This document shows, in pieces, positions 35,713 through 45,733 of a DNA stretch of 64,000 nt. This stretch comes from an uncultured virus (IMG/VR IMGVR_UViG_3300028577_000011). Taxonomy: Duplodnaviria; Heunggongvirae; Uroviricota; Caudoviricetes. The notes under the pieces were generated by a model. That model saw only the letters and a list, made by a program, of their open reading frames with translations, did no database searches and was not told the DNA's origin. The translations under genes and the position numbers were made by a program. The DNA lies in IMG/VR virus record IMGVR_UViG_3300028577_000011; one strand, given 5' to 3'. The stretch's first letter is position 1. Each line of letters begins with the position of its first letter.

Positions 35713-38220
35713 TTGACGACGACGTACACCTATGATGAGGCGCGTGACGCCTCGCTTACTTACTTTGACGGCGATGAGCTGGCGTCTGACGTTTTCGTTG
35801 GCAAGTATGCGCTGCAGGACTTGAAGGGCACGCTGTTCGAGCGCACGCCCGATGACATGCACGCCCGCGCTGCCCGAGAGTTTGCTCGCATCGAGGCCAA
35901 CTACGCGAACCCACTGTCCAAGAGGGAGATTCAACGCCTGTTGTCATCGTGGGAAGTCGTCATGCAAGGCGGACCCATGTCGGCGATAGGCAACCCCTAC
36001 CAGGTGCAGTCGTTGAGCAATTGCTTCGTCATTGAGTCACCCTATGACAGCTATGGCGGCATCATGAAGGCTGACCAGGAGCAGGTGCAGATCATGAAGC
36101 GCCGCGGCGGCGTGGGTTTTGACATGTCGACGATTCGTCCGCAAGGCCTACCTGCTGCGAACGCGGCCCGGACGACCGACGGCATTGGCATCTTCATGGA
36201 GCGATACAGCAACACCTGTCGCGAAGTGGCCCAAGGTGGCCGTCGTGGGGCACTGATGCTGACGATCAGCGTTCACCATCCCGAAGTACTGACCTTCGCC
36301 AACATCAAGCGCAACACCTTGAAGGTGACGGGTGCCAACGTGTCGGTGCGGGTGACCGACGACTTCATGAACGCCGTCATCAATGATAAACAGTACCAGC
36401 AGCGCTTTCCCGTCGACGGCCCACCCGGTAAATTGGTCACCGAGCAGTGGGTCAGCGCCCGCGAAGTGTGGTACAACATCATCGCGGCGATGCGTGACTG
36501 CAGCGAGCCCGGCATGCTATTCTGGGACACCGTGCAACGGATGGGCCCGGCAGATGCCTACGCACAGTTCGGCTATGGATCGGTGAGCACCAACCCGTGC
36601 GGCGAAATTCCCCTCTCGTGCTACGACAGTTGTCGGTTGATGCTGATGAACTTGTGGAAGTTTGTCCGTGAGCCCTTCACTCCTCGAGCCAAGTTTGACT
36701 TCGCCGCTTTCGAGGCATCGACTTACATAGCTCAACGGCTGATGGACGATCTCGTCGATCTGGAGCTCGAGGCCATCGATAGGATCTTGGCCAAGCTCGA
36801 CGCTGACCCCGAACCCGCCGGTGTCAAACGCACTGAGGTCGAATTGTGGCACAAGATCAGGAACGCAGGCGCCAATGGCCGTCGCACTGGTCTGGGCATC
36901 ACCGCACTGGGCGATTGCATCGCCGGCCTCAACATGCACTATGGCAGTGACGAGTCGATCGCGGTGACTGACGCCGTCTATCGGACGCTGGCACTGTCGA
37001 GCTATCGCTCGTCCGTCGCCATGGCCAAGGAACGCGGTGCCTTTCCGATCTTTTCTCATGACGTGGAACGGGGCAATCCATTCATCCAGCGCATCATGGC
37101 CGAGGATTACTCCCTTCGTCGTGACTATGAACAATACGGCCGCCGCAACATCGCCAACACCACGACGGCCCCAGCAGGCAGCGTGTCGATCCTGACGCGG
37201 ACAACGTCGGGCTGTGAGCCCGTGTTGTTCCTGAAGAGCCGTCGCAAGCGCAAGATCACCGCCGCTGACAAGCAGGCCCGCGTCGATGAGACCGATGCGT
37301 TGGGTGACCAGTGGCAGCACTATGACCTGTTTCATGCAGGGTTGACAGAGTGGATGCGAGTGACGGGCGAGACCGACATCACCAAGTCGCCCTACCACGG
37401 TGCGACGGTCGAGTCGATCGATCCCCTGAAGAAGATCGCCGTGCAGGCCGCTGCACAGAAGTGGATCTGTCACGCCATCAGCAATACCACTAACCTGCCC
37501 GAAGACGTCACGGTGGGCAGCGTCGAGGCCCTGTGCCTCCGCGCGTGGGAGACTGGGTGCAAGGGCGTCACCATCTACCGCAAGAACAGCCGAGCCGCCG
37601 TCATCGTTGATGAAGCGTCGGCAAACGCGGGAGGACAACCGCTGGTCGTCACCGAGACCCACGCGCCCAAGCGGCCCAAGGAACTGGAGTGCGACGTGCA
37701 CCGGGTCGCCGTCAAGGGTGAGCAACACCTCGTCCTGGTGGGCCTGTTGAACGGCTCGCCTTATGAGATCTTCGCGGGCCTGTCGGAGCAGGTCGAGGTG
37801 CCCAAGAAGGCCAAGCGAGGCACCCTGATCAAGAACGGTAAGAAGGATGGGTTGGCCACCTACAACCTGCGCATTCCATTGGGTGATGATGACCAACTGT
37901 TATTGAGGGACGTGGTGTCGCTGTTCGACAATGCACTGCACGGCGCCTTCACCCGGACGTTGAGCCTGGCGCTGCGTCACGGCGTGCCCGTCCAGTACCT
38001 GGTCGAACAACTGCGCAAGGACAAGCACAGCGACATCACCTCGTTCAGCGCCGTCATCGCTCGGGTGTTGAAGGGCTACATTAAGGACGGTGCAGCGACG
38101 ACGACTGACAAGGCATGCCCCAACTGTGGCGGTGCAACGCTGGTCTACCAACAGGGATGTGTGCAGTGTGTGGGTGGCATGTTGCCCAATGGAACGGCGT
38201 GCACGTGGAGCAAGTGCTGA
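35713..38220 (+). CDS. nrdJ: Ribonucleotide reductase, class II (adenosylcobalamin-dependent)
   Basis: SNCF, RRGGVG, GGRRGALM, TNPCGEI, APAGSVS, KGVTIYR, C-terminal TSCPD-like region and Zn ribbon; no small subunit nearby. Confidence 0.85.
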   Translation: MTTTYTYDEARDASLTYFDGDELASDVFVGKYALQDLKGTLFERTPDDMHARAAREFARIEANYANPLSKREIQRLLSSWEVVMQGGPMSAIGNPYQVQSLSNCFVIESPYDSYGGIMKADQEQVQIMKRRGGVGFDMSTIRPQGLPAANAARTTDGIGIFMERYSNTCREVAQGGRRGALMLTISVHHPEVLTFANIKRNTLKVTGANVSVRVTDDFMNAVINDKQYQQRFPVDGPPGKLVTEQWVSAREVWYNIIAAMRDCSEPGMLFWDTVQRMGPADAYAQFGYGSVSTNPCGEIPLSCYDSCRLMLMNLWKFVREPFTPRAKFDFAAFEASTYIAQRLMDDLVDLELEAIDRILAKLDADPEPAGVKRTEVELWHKIRNAGANGRRTGLGITALGDCIAGLNMHYGSDESIAVTDAVYRTLALSSYRSSVAMAKERGAFPIFSHDVERGNPFIQRIMAEDYSLRRDYEQYGRRNIANTTTAPAGSVSILTRTTSGCEPVLFLKSRRKRKITAADKQARVDETDALGDQWQHYDLFHAGLTEWMRVTGETDITKSPYHGATVESIDPLKKIAVQAAAQKWICHAISNTTNLPEDVTVGSVEALCLRAWETGCKGVTIYRKNSRAAVIVDEASANAGGQPLVVTETHAPKRPKELECDVHRVAVKGEQHLVLVGLLNGSPYEIFAGLSEQVEVPKKAKRGTLIKNGKKDGLATYNLRIPLGDDDQLLLRDVVSLFDNALHGAFTRTLSLALRHGVPVQYLVEQLRKDKHSDITSFSAVIARVLKGYIKDGAATTTDKACPNCGGATLVYQQGCVQCVGGMLPNGTACTWSKC

Positions 38221-38227
38221 GCTGACC

Positions 38228-38247
38228 GATACTTATCGCTCAGGAGC
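38228..38247 (+). promoter_or_regulatory. Putative late promoter plus RBS; 20-nt element repeated at 54078..54097
   Basis: GATACTTATCGCTCAGGAGC is identical at both sites. Confidence 0.7.
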
Positions 38248-38253
38248 ACGCGC

Positions 38254-38622
38254 ATGAGGGTCAGTTACCGCGCACTGAAGAAGATCATCCGTGAAGTGGC
38301 GCTGTCGCCCTCCGTCTTCAAGAACAACCACGTGGTGCAGGATCCCATGGATCGGCCCAACATCGCGCAGGCACTGACGGCGTTGGAGCAGCCCTTCAAG
38401 ACTGGGTTGGAGACCAACCTCGTCCTCGATGCCCGTGACAGCTACGACGAGGAGACGCGGGAGCTCGACGATGCCGAATACGCGAGGATCAAGGACGTGG
38501 CGGCGAAGGCGACTGAGTTGATGCTGGCTCGCGCCCACAAGGCGGTGCAGGCGTCGTGGGCCGAGGCGATGAAGGGCGTGGGCAGCGCCGACAAAGCAAC
38601 CGTACAGAAGAAGGTGGCGTGA
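38254..38622 (+). CDS. Leader-family protein (MRVSYRALKKIIRE)
   Basis: GATACTTATCGCTCAGGAG upstream; leader motif. Confidence 0.65.
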   Translation: MRVSYRALKKIIREVALSPSVFKNNHVVQDPMDRPNIAQALTALEQPFKTGLETNLVLDARDSYDEETRELDDAEYARIKDVAAKATELMLARAHKAVQASWAEAMKGVGSADKATVQKKVA

Positions 38623-38873
38623 TGGCAAAGGTAATCAAGCTAACGCAGGAGCAGCTCAGGAATCTCATCAAGGAAGGGATTAGTACCGGCGAAGTGCGTG
38701 CAATGACCCATCACCTACAAGACATTAAACGCTCTCTTGGGCGGATGGGTGCTATTCAACAAGGCATTGGATATGGCAATACGACATCCGAGATCTCCAG
38801 TGCACTCGATGCGCTTAAAAGTGCCATCGATGAAGTCGACGAAGTGCTCATTCAGGCACTCGGAGGTAAGTGA
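38622..38873 (+). CDS. Leader-family protein (MAKVIKLTQEQLRNLIKE)
   Basis: TGATG coupling; leader motif. Confidence 0.65.
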   Translation: MAKVIKLTQEQLRNLIKEGISTGEVRAMTHHLQDIKRSLGRMGAIQQGIGYGNTTSEISSALDALKSAIDEVDEVLIQALGGK

Positions 38874-39217
38874 TGGTAAAGTTGTCAGTGAAACAACTGC
38901 GGAATATCATTCGTGAAGCCGGTGAAGGTCTGAAGACCCCTTCTCGGCACATGAGGTGGGGCACATGGATGGTTGCATGGGGCGTAGCGCTAGCCGATGC
39001 AGGTGTCAACCAAGAGGATCTGCCGATCTTCGACGTCGTTGATGAGGACATGGGACAACTTGCTCTGGAGAAGATGTGGGGCGACTTCTTCGATAAGGGC
39101 AAGTCACCTGAAGAAGCCGTAGCACTGGCGATGGATCGTGATGCGTTCGCTGCTGACTATTACGATCCCTACATCGACGAATTCACTAGTGAACTTGAAC
39201 ACGCTGGGAGGCTGTGA
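38873..39217 (+). CDS. Leader-family protein (MVKLSVKQLRNIIRE)
   Basis: TGATG coupling; leader motif. Confidence 0.65.
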   Translation: MVKLSVKQLRNIIREAGEGLKTPSRHMRWGTWMVAWGVALADAGVNQEDLPIFDVVDEDMGQLALEKMWGDFFDKGKSPEEAVALAMDRDAFAADYYDPYIDEFTSELEHAGRL

Positions 39218-39221
39218 TCCA

Positions 39222-39515
39222 TTGAAATCCACGGTGGGCCAGCTGCGCCGCATCCTCTTTGAAGAGGCACCTCCGCGCGTGCTGCACGAGGCCTACCTCA
39301 ACGGCGTGCCCGAGTGGCAGCTCCGCCAAGATACCACCGACTACGTTGACCAGATCCGCGTCCGCATCAAGCAGTTCATCCTGCTGAACAAGAGCCAGAG
39401 CTCGTCAGACCAGCGTGAGGCCATCAACGCCATGAACGACGTCTGTGATGAACTCGAGATGAAACTCTATGACCAACTGGAAAATAGTCTCTTCGACTTC
39501 ACGCGGCGAGTTTGA
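39222..39515 (+). CDS. Leader-family protein (MKSTVGQLRRILFEE, TTG start)
   Basis: GGGAGG RBS upstream of TTG 39222; leader motif. Confidence 0.6.
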   Translation: MKSTVGQLRRILFEEAPPRVLHEAYLNGVPEWQLRQDTTDYVDQIRVRIKQFILLNKSQSSSDQREAINAMNDVCDELEMKLYDQLENSLFDFTRRV

Positions 39516-39555
39516 GGTACGTTCATAATCGTCAGTGAACAGCCTAGTTATCAGT

Positions 39556-39768
39556 ATGACCCTCCTAATGCTGTTCGCCGCCGTCCTCATCTTTGCACTT
39601 TTCATTTGGATTGCCAGCATCGTGCCGGTGCCTGCAAAGATGCCCTGGCTCCGTACCATCTTCTACATTTTCATCGCGCTGGTCGCGATCGTCCTTTTGG
39701 CGCAGTTCGCCGGCTGCACTGACCTGGGCCTCAACCACAGCATCGGCGTCGGCCACCGCGCCAACTAA
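39556..39768 (+). CDS. Small two-TM membrane protein
   Basis: Two hydrophobic segments; CTAGTTA upstream. Confidence 0.6.
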   Translation: MTLLMLFAAVLIFALFIWIASIVPVPAKMPWLRTIFYIFIALVAIVLLAQFAGCTDLGLNHSIGVGHRAN

Positions 39769-39802
39769 TTGCCTTGACCATCTCGCCCACCCGGTATAGG
39801 GT

Positions 39803-40132
39803 GTGGCGATGGACCTTGAAGAGCACTACGTAGCCTGCGCCTGCAGTGACTTCAACCACGTCTTTCGCTTCGTCTTTGACCCCGACGACGGCGACCTGTG
39901 GTTGGAGGTGCAGTTGCGCCAGTGGCGACCCTGGTACAAGCGTGCGTGGATTGCACTGCGCTATGCCTTCGGTCTGCAACAGGCCTATGGCCACTATGAC
40001 GTCACGGTGCTGAAATCAGCCGACTTCGCGCGGTTGCATGCGCTGCTCGATCGCGCCGAGGCCTTTGACCGTGCCCGCTCGGCCGCCGCGGCCCTTGGTT
40101 CACTGCAGAATAAACCCGTGTTGAAAGGATAG
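39803..40132 (+). CDS. Hypothetical protein
   Basis: CACSDFNH...PWYKRAWIALRYAFG. Confidence 0.55.
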   Translation: MAMDLEEHYVACACSDFNHVFRFVFDPDDGDLWLEVQLRQWRPWYKRAWIALRYAFGLQQAYGHYDVTVLKSADFARLHALLDRAEAFDRARSAAAALGSLQNKPVLKG

Positions 40133-40140
40133 GTTCTCCA

Positions 40141-41052
40141 ATGGCCTACAATGCAAAGGTGCTGTGTGATAGCCTGAGTCCTGATGGCGTGCGACTCATC
40201 ACGATGGAGGTGACATTCGCGAGATGTGTCCTCGCTGAGATAAATACGCATAGGGCATTTTCCCGTAACAGCGCATCATCCCGTGCAATCCCGATTGCAA
40301 AGATGTTGCAAAGAGTACAGGATGATCCTTTCATCCCCATTTATTGGGGGCGCAATCAAAGCGGGATGCAGGCGAATGAAGAGTTGACACCTGAAGCACA
40401 AGCGCTAGCACTAGAACAGTGGTTGTTGGCTCGTGATAACGCTGTGAAAACGGTGGAACGTCTTCAGTCGCCCGACATCAACCTTCACAAACAGATCGCT
40501 AATCGGCTACTAGAACCCTTTCTTTATCATACTGCAATCATAAGTGCCACCGAGTGGGGCAATTTCTGGGGCTTGCGCTGTCACCCCGCCGCGCAGCCCG
40601 AGATCAGGAAGGCCGCCGACTTGATGCGCGCCGAGTACGATGCATCGGAACCCTTTCCCGTCAACTATGGCGACTGGCACCTGCCGCTCGTGCGCCACGC
40701 CGAGGCCTTCGACCTGCAGGTCAACGGCATGTCGCTCGACGACGTCGTCAAGGTGTCTGCGGGTAGGTGTGCCCGGGTGTCGTACCTGACTCATGCTGGG
40801 ATAAGAGATCCGAAGGCCGACATTGAACTGTGCGATAGGTTGGTGAGCTCGGGCCACATGAGTCCGCTCGAGCACGTCGCTAGGCCGATGACGCGTGAAG
40901 ACGCTGAGCGGTTGGTATGCGCCAGTGTTGATTTACCCGCTCGTCACTACATCGACATCAAGCAGGTGTTCTGTGGCAATTACAGAGGGTGGGTACAAGC
41001 GCGCAAGGAACTGCAACACGAGGCCGACTTCTCTGCACGTCCGTCAGTTTGA
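40141..41052 (+). CDS. thyX: Flavin-dependent thymidylate synthase
   Basis: EINTHRAFSRNSASSRAIP, HKQIANRLLEPF, RCARVSY, HMSPLEH. Confidence 0.88.
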   Translation: MAYNAKVLCDSLSPDGVRLITMEVTFARCVLAEINTHRAFSRNSASSRAIPIAKMLQRVQDDPFIPIYWGRNQSGMQANEELTPEAQALALEQWLLARDNAVKTVERLQSPDINLHKQIANRLLEPFLYHTAIISATEWGNFWGLRCHPAAQPEIRKAADLMRAEYDASEPFPVNYGDWHLPLVRHAEAFDLQVNGMSLDDVVKVSAGRCARVSYLTHAGIRDPKADIELCDRLVSSGHMSPLEHVARPMTREDAERLVCASVDLPARHYIDIKQVFCGNYRGWVQARKELQHEADFSARPSV

Positions 41053-41152
41053 TTATCGTTTTAGAGGGTCCTGAAATATAATTTGTTAACATATGAACAA
41101 CTTGCGCTAATGACAGACGTTACATGGAATAAAGGAGCAAAGGAATACATTG

Positions 41153-41764
41153 ATGAAAAATGCAATAACGCTGGCATTTGAAGGGCCCGATCGGCACGGA
41201 AAATCGACGCAGGCCAAGTTGCTGCACGAGGCATGCCTTGCCGCTGGGTACAAGGCCATCCTCGTCAAGGTACCCACCGATTCCTGCACTCGGACGCACC
41301 GCTTGATCTACGCCATGTTGGCCAACGGTTGGGCACGCAAGGTGCCACACCTGTTTCAACTGGTGCACTTTCTCAACAAGTTGCTGTTTCAATTGCTGTA
41401 CTTGCCCATCATGTTGAAGTGGTGTGACATCGTCATCCTCGATCGTTGGGCGCTGTCGGCGACGGTGTACGGTACCGTCGACGGTGCCAATCGCTGGTTC
41501 TCACGCGCGCTGTTCTCCCTGTTGAAGAAGCCCGACATCACTGTTGTTTTTCACGGTGCGCCTTTCAAGCGGGCGTCGGTCGACGATTCCTACGAGAAGG
41601 ACGGCGGCTTTCAACAGCGCGTCGCGCAGGGGTACGTTGACTGGGCGATGGAACACCCGTTTGATCACACGTTGATCAACAATCAGTTCAAGGATGTCAA
41701 TGGCATTCACAGCGACATCATCACTCGACTCCTTCAACGCGGCTTGATACGTGGTGTGAAGTGA
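41153..41764 (+). CDS. tmk: Thymidylate kinase
   Basis: FEGPDRHGKSTQ, ILDRWALS..VYG, PDIT. Confidence 0.85.
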   Translation: MKNAITLAFEGPDRHGKSTQAKLLHEACLAAGYKAILVKVPTDSCTRTHRLIYAMLANGWARKVPHLFQLVHFLNKLLFQLLYLPIMLKWCDIVILDRWALSATVYGTVDGANRWFSRALFSLLKKPDITVVFHGAPFKRASVDDSYEKDGGFQQRVAQGYVDWAMEHPFDHTLINNQFKDVNGIHSDIITRLLQRGLIRGVK

Positions 41765-42369
41765 TCTTCGATTGTCTCGTCGCCGACCCGCCTTGGGCCT
41801 TTGACGACAAGTTGGCGCGGATGAAGTCGCCCACTCGCCGCGGCGCCGCATCGCAGTACTCGACGTTGTCGCTGGCCGACATTGCAGCACTGAAGGTGCA
41901 GGACCTGATCAATCCTGCCGGTTGTGTGCTGGCGCTGTGGGTGCCGTCAACGCTGCTGCTCGACGGGCTCCGGGTGATGCAGGCTTGGGGGTTCTCTCCC
42001 AAGAGCACCGTCATCTGGGTCAAGACGTCAAAGAAGGCGCAGCCCATCGACGTGGCGACGGGTGACGGCCTGGCCTTCGGCATGGGGCGGACGTTCAGGC
42101 AATCGCACGAGCTGGCGCTGATCGGCACCGCGGGTAAGAGCGTCTATCCGACGATGCAGGATCACTCGCAGCGGTCGGTCATCTTTGCGCCCAACATGGG
42201 CCATAGCCAGAAGCCCGATGAGCTGCAACTGCGCCTCGAGAAAATGTGGCCTGACGCTCAGAGGTTGGAACTGTTCGCCCGGCGCTCGCTGCTCAATTGG
42301 ACGTGCGTGGGCGATGGAATTGACGGCCTCGACATTCGCGACGCTATACAAAAGCTCACAGCGCTGTAA
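41761..42369 (+). CDS. MT-A70 family adenine methyltransferase
   Basis: ADPPW, LALWV, AWGF..K....WVK, GMGRTFR, HSQKP, LELFAR. Confidence 0.88.
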   Translation: MIFDCLVADPPWAFDDKLARMKSPTRRGAASQYSTLSLADIAALKVQDLINPAGCVLALWVPSTLLLDGLRVMQAWGFSPKSTVIWVKTSKKAQPIDVATGDGLAFGMGRTFRQSHELALIGTAGKSVYPTMQDHSQRSVIFAPNMGHSQKPDELQLRLEKMWPDAQRLELFARRSLLNWTCVGDGIDGLDIRDAIQKLTAL

Positions 42370-42378
42370 GATCTGCAC

Positions 42379-42687
42379 ATGAAACGAGATTACTCAAAGC
42401 GCACGAGCACGATGTACGATGATCGTGACGGCGACACCTTGACGACGTTGAGCGCGCCTCTCATCAAGACGTGTGACAGCGAGAAGCCCATCATGACGTT
42501 CTTCTTGATGCCGGTGTCGGGGACGGTGCCGACGTCACAGCATGGACAACCCGCGATTGGTTTTGAAATCATCGGTTACGTGAGACTGGACGCACTATCG
42601 AGGGACCTGCAGGCCGCCGTCCGCAAAGAGCTACATACCCGCCCACCAACCGCGCCATTGGGCACGCGCACAGGAGATGCAGGATGA
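42379..42687 (+). CDS. Hypothetical protein
   Basis: Co-oriented ORF. Confidence 0.45.
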   Translation: MKRDYSKRTSTMYDDRDGDTLTTLSAPLIKTCDSEKPIMTFFLMPVSGTVPTSQHGQPAIGFEIIGYVRLDALSRDLQAAVRKELHTRPPTAPLGTRTGDAG

Positions 42688-43190
42688 CATGTGTAGTCAG
42701 TGCTGTTGATGGTGATAAAGTCGTGATGATGGGTGATCATTCCTATATGCAGACGGATCATCATACCATGAATGGTTGCAAAAAGGTCTTAAAGTCGGGT
42801 GAATTCATATGTGGTTTTGCAGGGTTTATTGACCCTGCAATGGCAACACTTAATGCCATTGAAAAAACACCGCTAATTGGGAAAACGCTTGACGAGCGCC
42901 GGAATGAATTACTTGCTAGATTTAATAAAGTTCAACCTGTACGTGCCAATAACACCTATCTAGTGGGACACAAAGGTAAGCTCTACACCGTTCTACCTAA
43001 CACTGTGTTAGAGTCGAATGTTGGTTTCATTGGATCAGACGTAAATCTGTACGCAATCGTGTATAAATACGCCATCGCGAGGGGCGACAGCGTGAAAGTT
43101 GCGCTGGCATCAACAATCGTGTTTGCCGCAGATTATCTGCCTAGATATGTAGTTCTCGATCATGAAGGACCAACGATTGAAGAAGTTTGA
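42684..43190 (+). CDS. Ntn-hydrolase / proteasome-beta (HslV-like) fold protein, putative
   Basis: Thr after the initiator Met (MTCVV), VVMMGD, KKV...ICGFAG, FIGS. Confidence 0.45.
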   Translation: MTCVVSAVDGDKVVMMGDHSYMQTDHHTMNGCKKVLKSGEFICGFAGFIDPAMATLNAIEKTPLIGKTLDERRNELLARFNKVQPVRANNTYLVGHKGKLYTVLPNTVLESNVGFIGSDVNLYAIVYKYAIARGDSVKVALASTIVFAADYLPRYVVLDHEGPTIEEV

Positions 43191-43977
43191 CGGCGTTCGC
43201 TTCTATGGCTACAAGCACTGGACGCTTGAGGCAGTGCCGCGTTGTTTCAACGTGGGCAAGGGTGTTATAGGTCGTTCTGACGTTGACCGTGGGCGTAATC
43301 ACAAGTGGCACGCCATGGTCAAACGCCTTGGTCTCCGTGTTGAGGTCTGCATCGGCCCGGTGACCAATGAAGAGGCATGTGCTTGGGAGATTGAGTGGAT
43401 TGCTAAGGAGAACACTTTCTCAACCAACCACTCACATGATGATCCCAATGACATCGGATGCAATTTCACGAAGGGTGGTGGGGGCGTTGTAGGACGTCCT
43501 CAAACAGATGAAGAACGTCGTAAACGGCGCGCAAGTTTGAAAGTTACATATGAATCGCCTGAACTTCGTCAAGGGCAAAGTGCATTGCAGAAGGATCACT
43601 GGTCAGACGATGAACGTAAGCAAGCGCATGTTCGTGGTATTAAGGCTCAAGCGAACACCCCTGAAACGTTGGCGAAGAAAAGAGCGGCTACAACGAAGAG
43701 TTGGGAAAATGAAGAGACGCGGCAAAAGCATGAGGCGGGCAATGCTCGACGTTGGAGCGATCCTGCTGAACGAGAACGTCATGGTAAGGCAATACAATTG
43801 GCTGCTCAGGCTCCCGGCGCTAGAGAACGACGTGTACAAGCCGCGCGTGAAATCAATAGTCGTCCTGAGGTCAAACGCATAAAGAGCGCAAAGATGACAG
43901 CAATATGGGTTATACGCAAAGTCAAGGCGTTTAGAGAAAAATCACACACGTGGCTTACACATCAACGCAAGGTGTAG
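43162..43977 (+). CDS. Divergent GIY-YIG-like endonuclease
   Basis: FYGYKH...FNVGKG, EACAWEIEWI, CNFTKGGGG, basic helical repeats. Confidence 0.6.
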   Translation: MKDQRLKKFDGVRFYGYKHWTLEAVPRCFNVGKGVIGRSDVDRGRNHKWHAMVKRLGLRVEVCIGPVTNEEACAWEIEWIAKENTFSTNHSHDDPNDIGCNFTKGGGGVVGRPQTDEERRKRRASLKVTYESPELRQGQSALQKDHWSDDERKQAHVRGIKAQANTPETLAKKRAATTKSWENEETRQKHEAGNARRWSDPAERERHGKAIQLAAQAPGARERRVQAAREINSRPEVKRIKSAKMTAIWVIRKVKAFREKSHTWLTHQRKV

Positions 43978-43989
43978 TAGAGATAGAAT

Positions 43990-44259
43990 ATGGAAAATGA
44001 GTTCAAGTTCGCAGACGAAGTGTTTCACCGCCTCGTGCAGATCGTTCAGGAGGCGCTACTGTCCGGCGTCGACTGCGCCGATCTCCTCCGCCAGATCCGC
44101 GTCACCGTGGGTGATGCGGGTGACTTGGTGCTGACATCAGCGTATCAACAGCAGGTCAAGGAGATGCACGACAAGATGTTGGAACACGCTCGCGAGCTGC
44201 AATCTGTGCAGGCGGGCAACAAGTTCATCGTGCCGGGTGGCAACGACGGTAACAACTGA
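43990..44259 (+). CDS. Hypothetical protein
   Basis: GC3-rich ORF. Confidence 0.6.
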   Translation: MENEFKFADEVFHRLVQIVQEALLSGVDCADLLRQIRVTVGDAGDLVLTSAYQQQVKEMHDKMLEHARELQSVQAGNKFIVPGGNDGNN

Positions 44260-44260
44260 C

Positions 44261-44635
44261 ATGAGCGCCCCCATCGACATGCGTGTCCTCTGGGAGCAAC
44301 AGTTGGCCTTCATGCGCCTGCTGCAGGAGAAGCGCAACTGGCCTCAATTCCCAGTTGACATCTCGACGAAGCAGGGGCAGACGCTGTTGCACGACATCCG
44401 CCATCACATCATGGATGAATTGTTCGAGGCGGGTCAGCACCTGAAGAACGCCAAGGCCCACCGGGCGACTGAGGTGCCTGAAGTCGACCGTGAAGCCTAC
44501 AAGGAAGAACTTGTCGACGCCCTCCACCTGTACTTCGAGCTTGTCATTGCCAGCGGCATCTCGATTGAAGAGTTGGCTGACGCCTACATGAAAAAAGGTG
44601 AAGTCAATGTTGAACGTATCATGCGCGGATATTAG
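44261..44635 (+). CDS. Dimeric dUTPase / MazG-like all-alpha NTP pyrophosphatase
   Basis: DELFEA, KEELVDALH, YMKKGEVNVER. Confidence 0.7.
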   Translation: MSAPIDMRVLWEQQLAFMRLLQEKRNWPQFPVDISTKQGQTLLHDIRHHIMDELFEAGQHLKNAKAHRATEVPEVDREAYKEELVDALHLYFELVIASGISIEELADAYMKKGEVNVERIMRGY

Positions 44636-44687
44636 GTGACGCCAACTGAAGGTGAACTTGTGACCGCACCGGTGTTACCATTGAGGA

Positions 44688-45122
44688 ATGGCACCGAGCA
44701 AAGGTTCTTTCAACTACGACTGGTTGGGCGACATGGCTGAGTCGTTCAACAACATGTTTTCACAGTCTAAGATGTCAACGACGGTGACGGAGACGACTGA
44801 AGAGGACAACACGCCGGGCACCTATCGCAATGGTCCTGGCTACCACACCACGAAAGACGCGACGGGCATGACGTTGGTCATTGACCTGCCCGGTGTCGAT
44901 CCCACGGGACTCGAGGTGTGGGCCGAAGGTGAGAGCGTCATCGTCGTCAGTGGCAAGAAAGTCGGCGGCAAGAACGCCTCTTTCACCGCACGTTATCGGC
45001 TCGACATCGGTTATAGTACGTTCGCAGCGACGGCGGAAGCGAAGTTAGGCCAACTCCACATCCGTGTTTTCACGGCATCTCCTTTTGTTACCGTGAAGCC
45101 AATTCCCATCGACATCAAGTGA
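44688..45122 (+). CDS. Hsp20/alpha-crystallin-like protein
   Basis: LVIDLPGVDP..LEV...IVVSGKK...F...Y.L...AEAKLGQLHIRV. Confidence 0.6.
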   Translation: MAPSKGSFNYDWLGDMAESFNNMFSQSKMSTTVTETTEEDNTPGTYRNGPGYHTTKDATGMTLVIDLPGVDPTGLEVWAEGESVIVVSGKKVGGKNASFTARYRLDIGYSTFAATAEAKLGQLHIRVFTASPFVTVKPIPIDIK

Positions 45123-45733
45123 TGCAGCCCTTCATCGTCGACCCGGCGACCTACGACAAGCGGCAGGCCTTCGACGCTGCGTTGGTCTACGTCAAGGCCT
45201 TCCTCGACCTCAACGGCATCGCACCCGTCACCGAGTACCTGACGGAGCCCGATGACGCCAAGAAGCCACCTGGGAAGAACCCGTGGCACGATCGCGGTTG
45301 GTACTGGTTCGGCACCGTCTTCGTCAACCTAAAGAAGACGCGGACGCCCGTCAAGGTGCCCGGCTTTCAATGGTCTTATACGGGTTACAAGGCCGACCTC
45401 ACCACACCCGGAGTGCTGGCCCACGAGGTCGGTCACCACGTGCACTTTGAGCTCGACCGCGTGCGTGGCGAACACGTGCTGGGCAAAGTGCGTGCAGTTT
45501 ACGCGATTGAACCACCAGTGTCTGGCTATGAACCCAACCCGTACGAGGTCTTCGCTGAGTCGATGCGACTGTTCATCCTCAACCCGATGTTGCTAGCCGA
45601 GGGTCGCCCTGAGCGGTACAGCATGTTGATCAAGCTGAACCTGCAACCACTACACCATGCACCGTGGCGCGAGGTGTTGGTAAACGCTCATCCGAAGATC
45701 ATCGCGGCGGCCGAGAGGTGGATTGAACGATGA
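45122..45733 (+). CDS. Zincin-like metallopeptidase
   Basis: LAHEVGHHVH and downstream EVFAE. Confidence 0.55.
   Translation: MQPFIVDPATYDKRQAFDAALVYVKAFLDLNGIAPVTEYLTEPDDAKKPPGKNPWHDRGWYWFGTVFVNLKKTRTPVKVPGFQWSYTGYKADLTTPGVLAHEVGHHVHFELDRVRGEHVLGKVRAVYAIEPPVSGYEPNPYEVFAESMRLFILNPMLLAEGRPERYSMLIKLNLQPLHHAPWREVLVNAHPKIIAAAERWIER

Noticed and set aside
30515..38220. Inteins or self-splicing introns in recA, the helicase or nrdJ
   Set aside because: ORFs are continuous and of normal length with motifs at expected spacing. The endonucleases here are free-standing.
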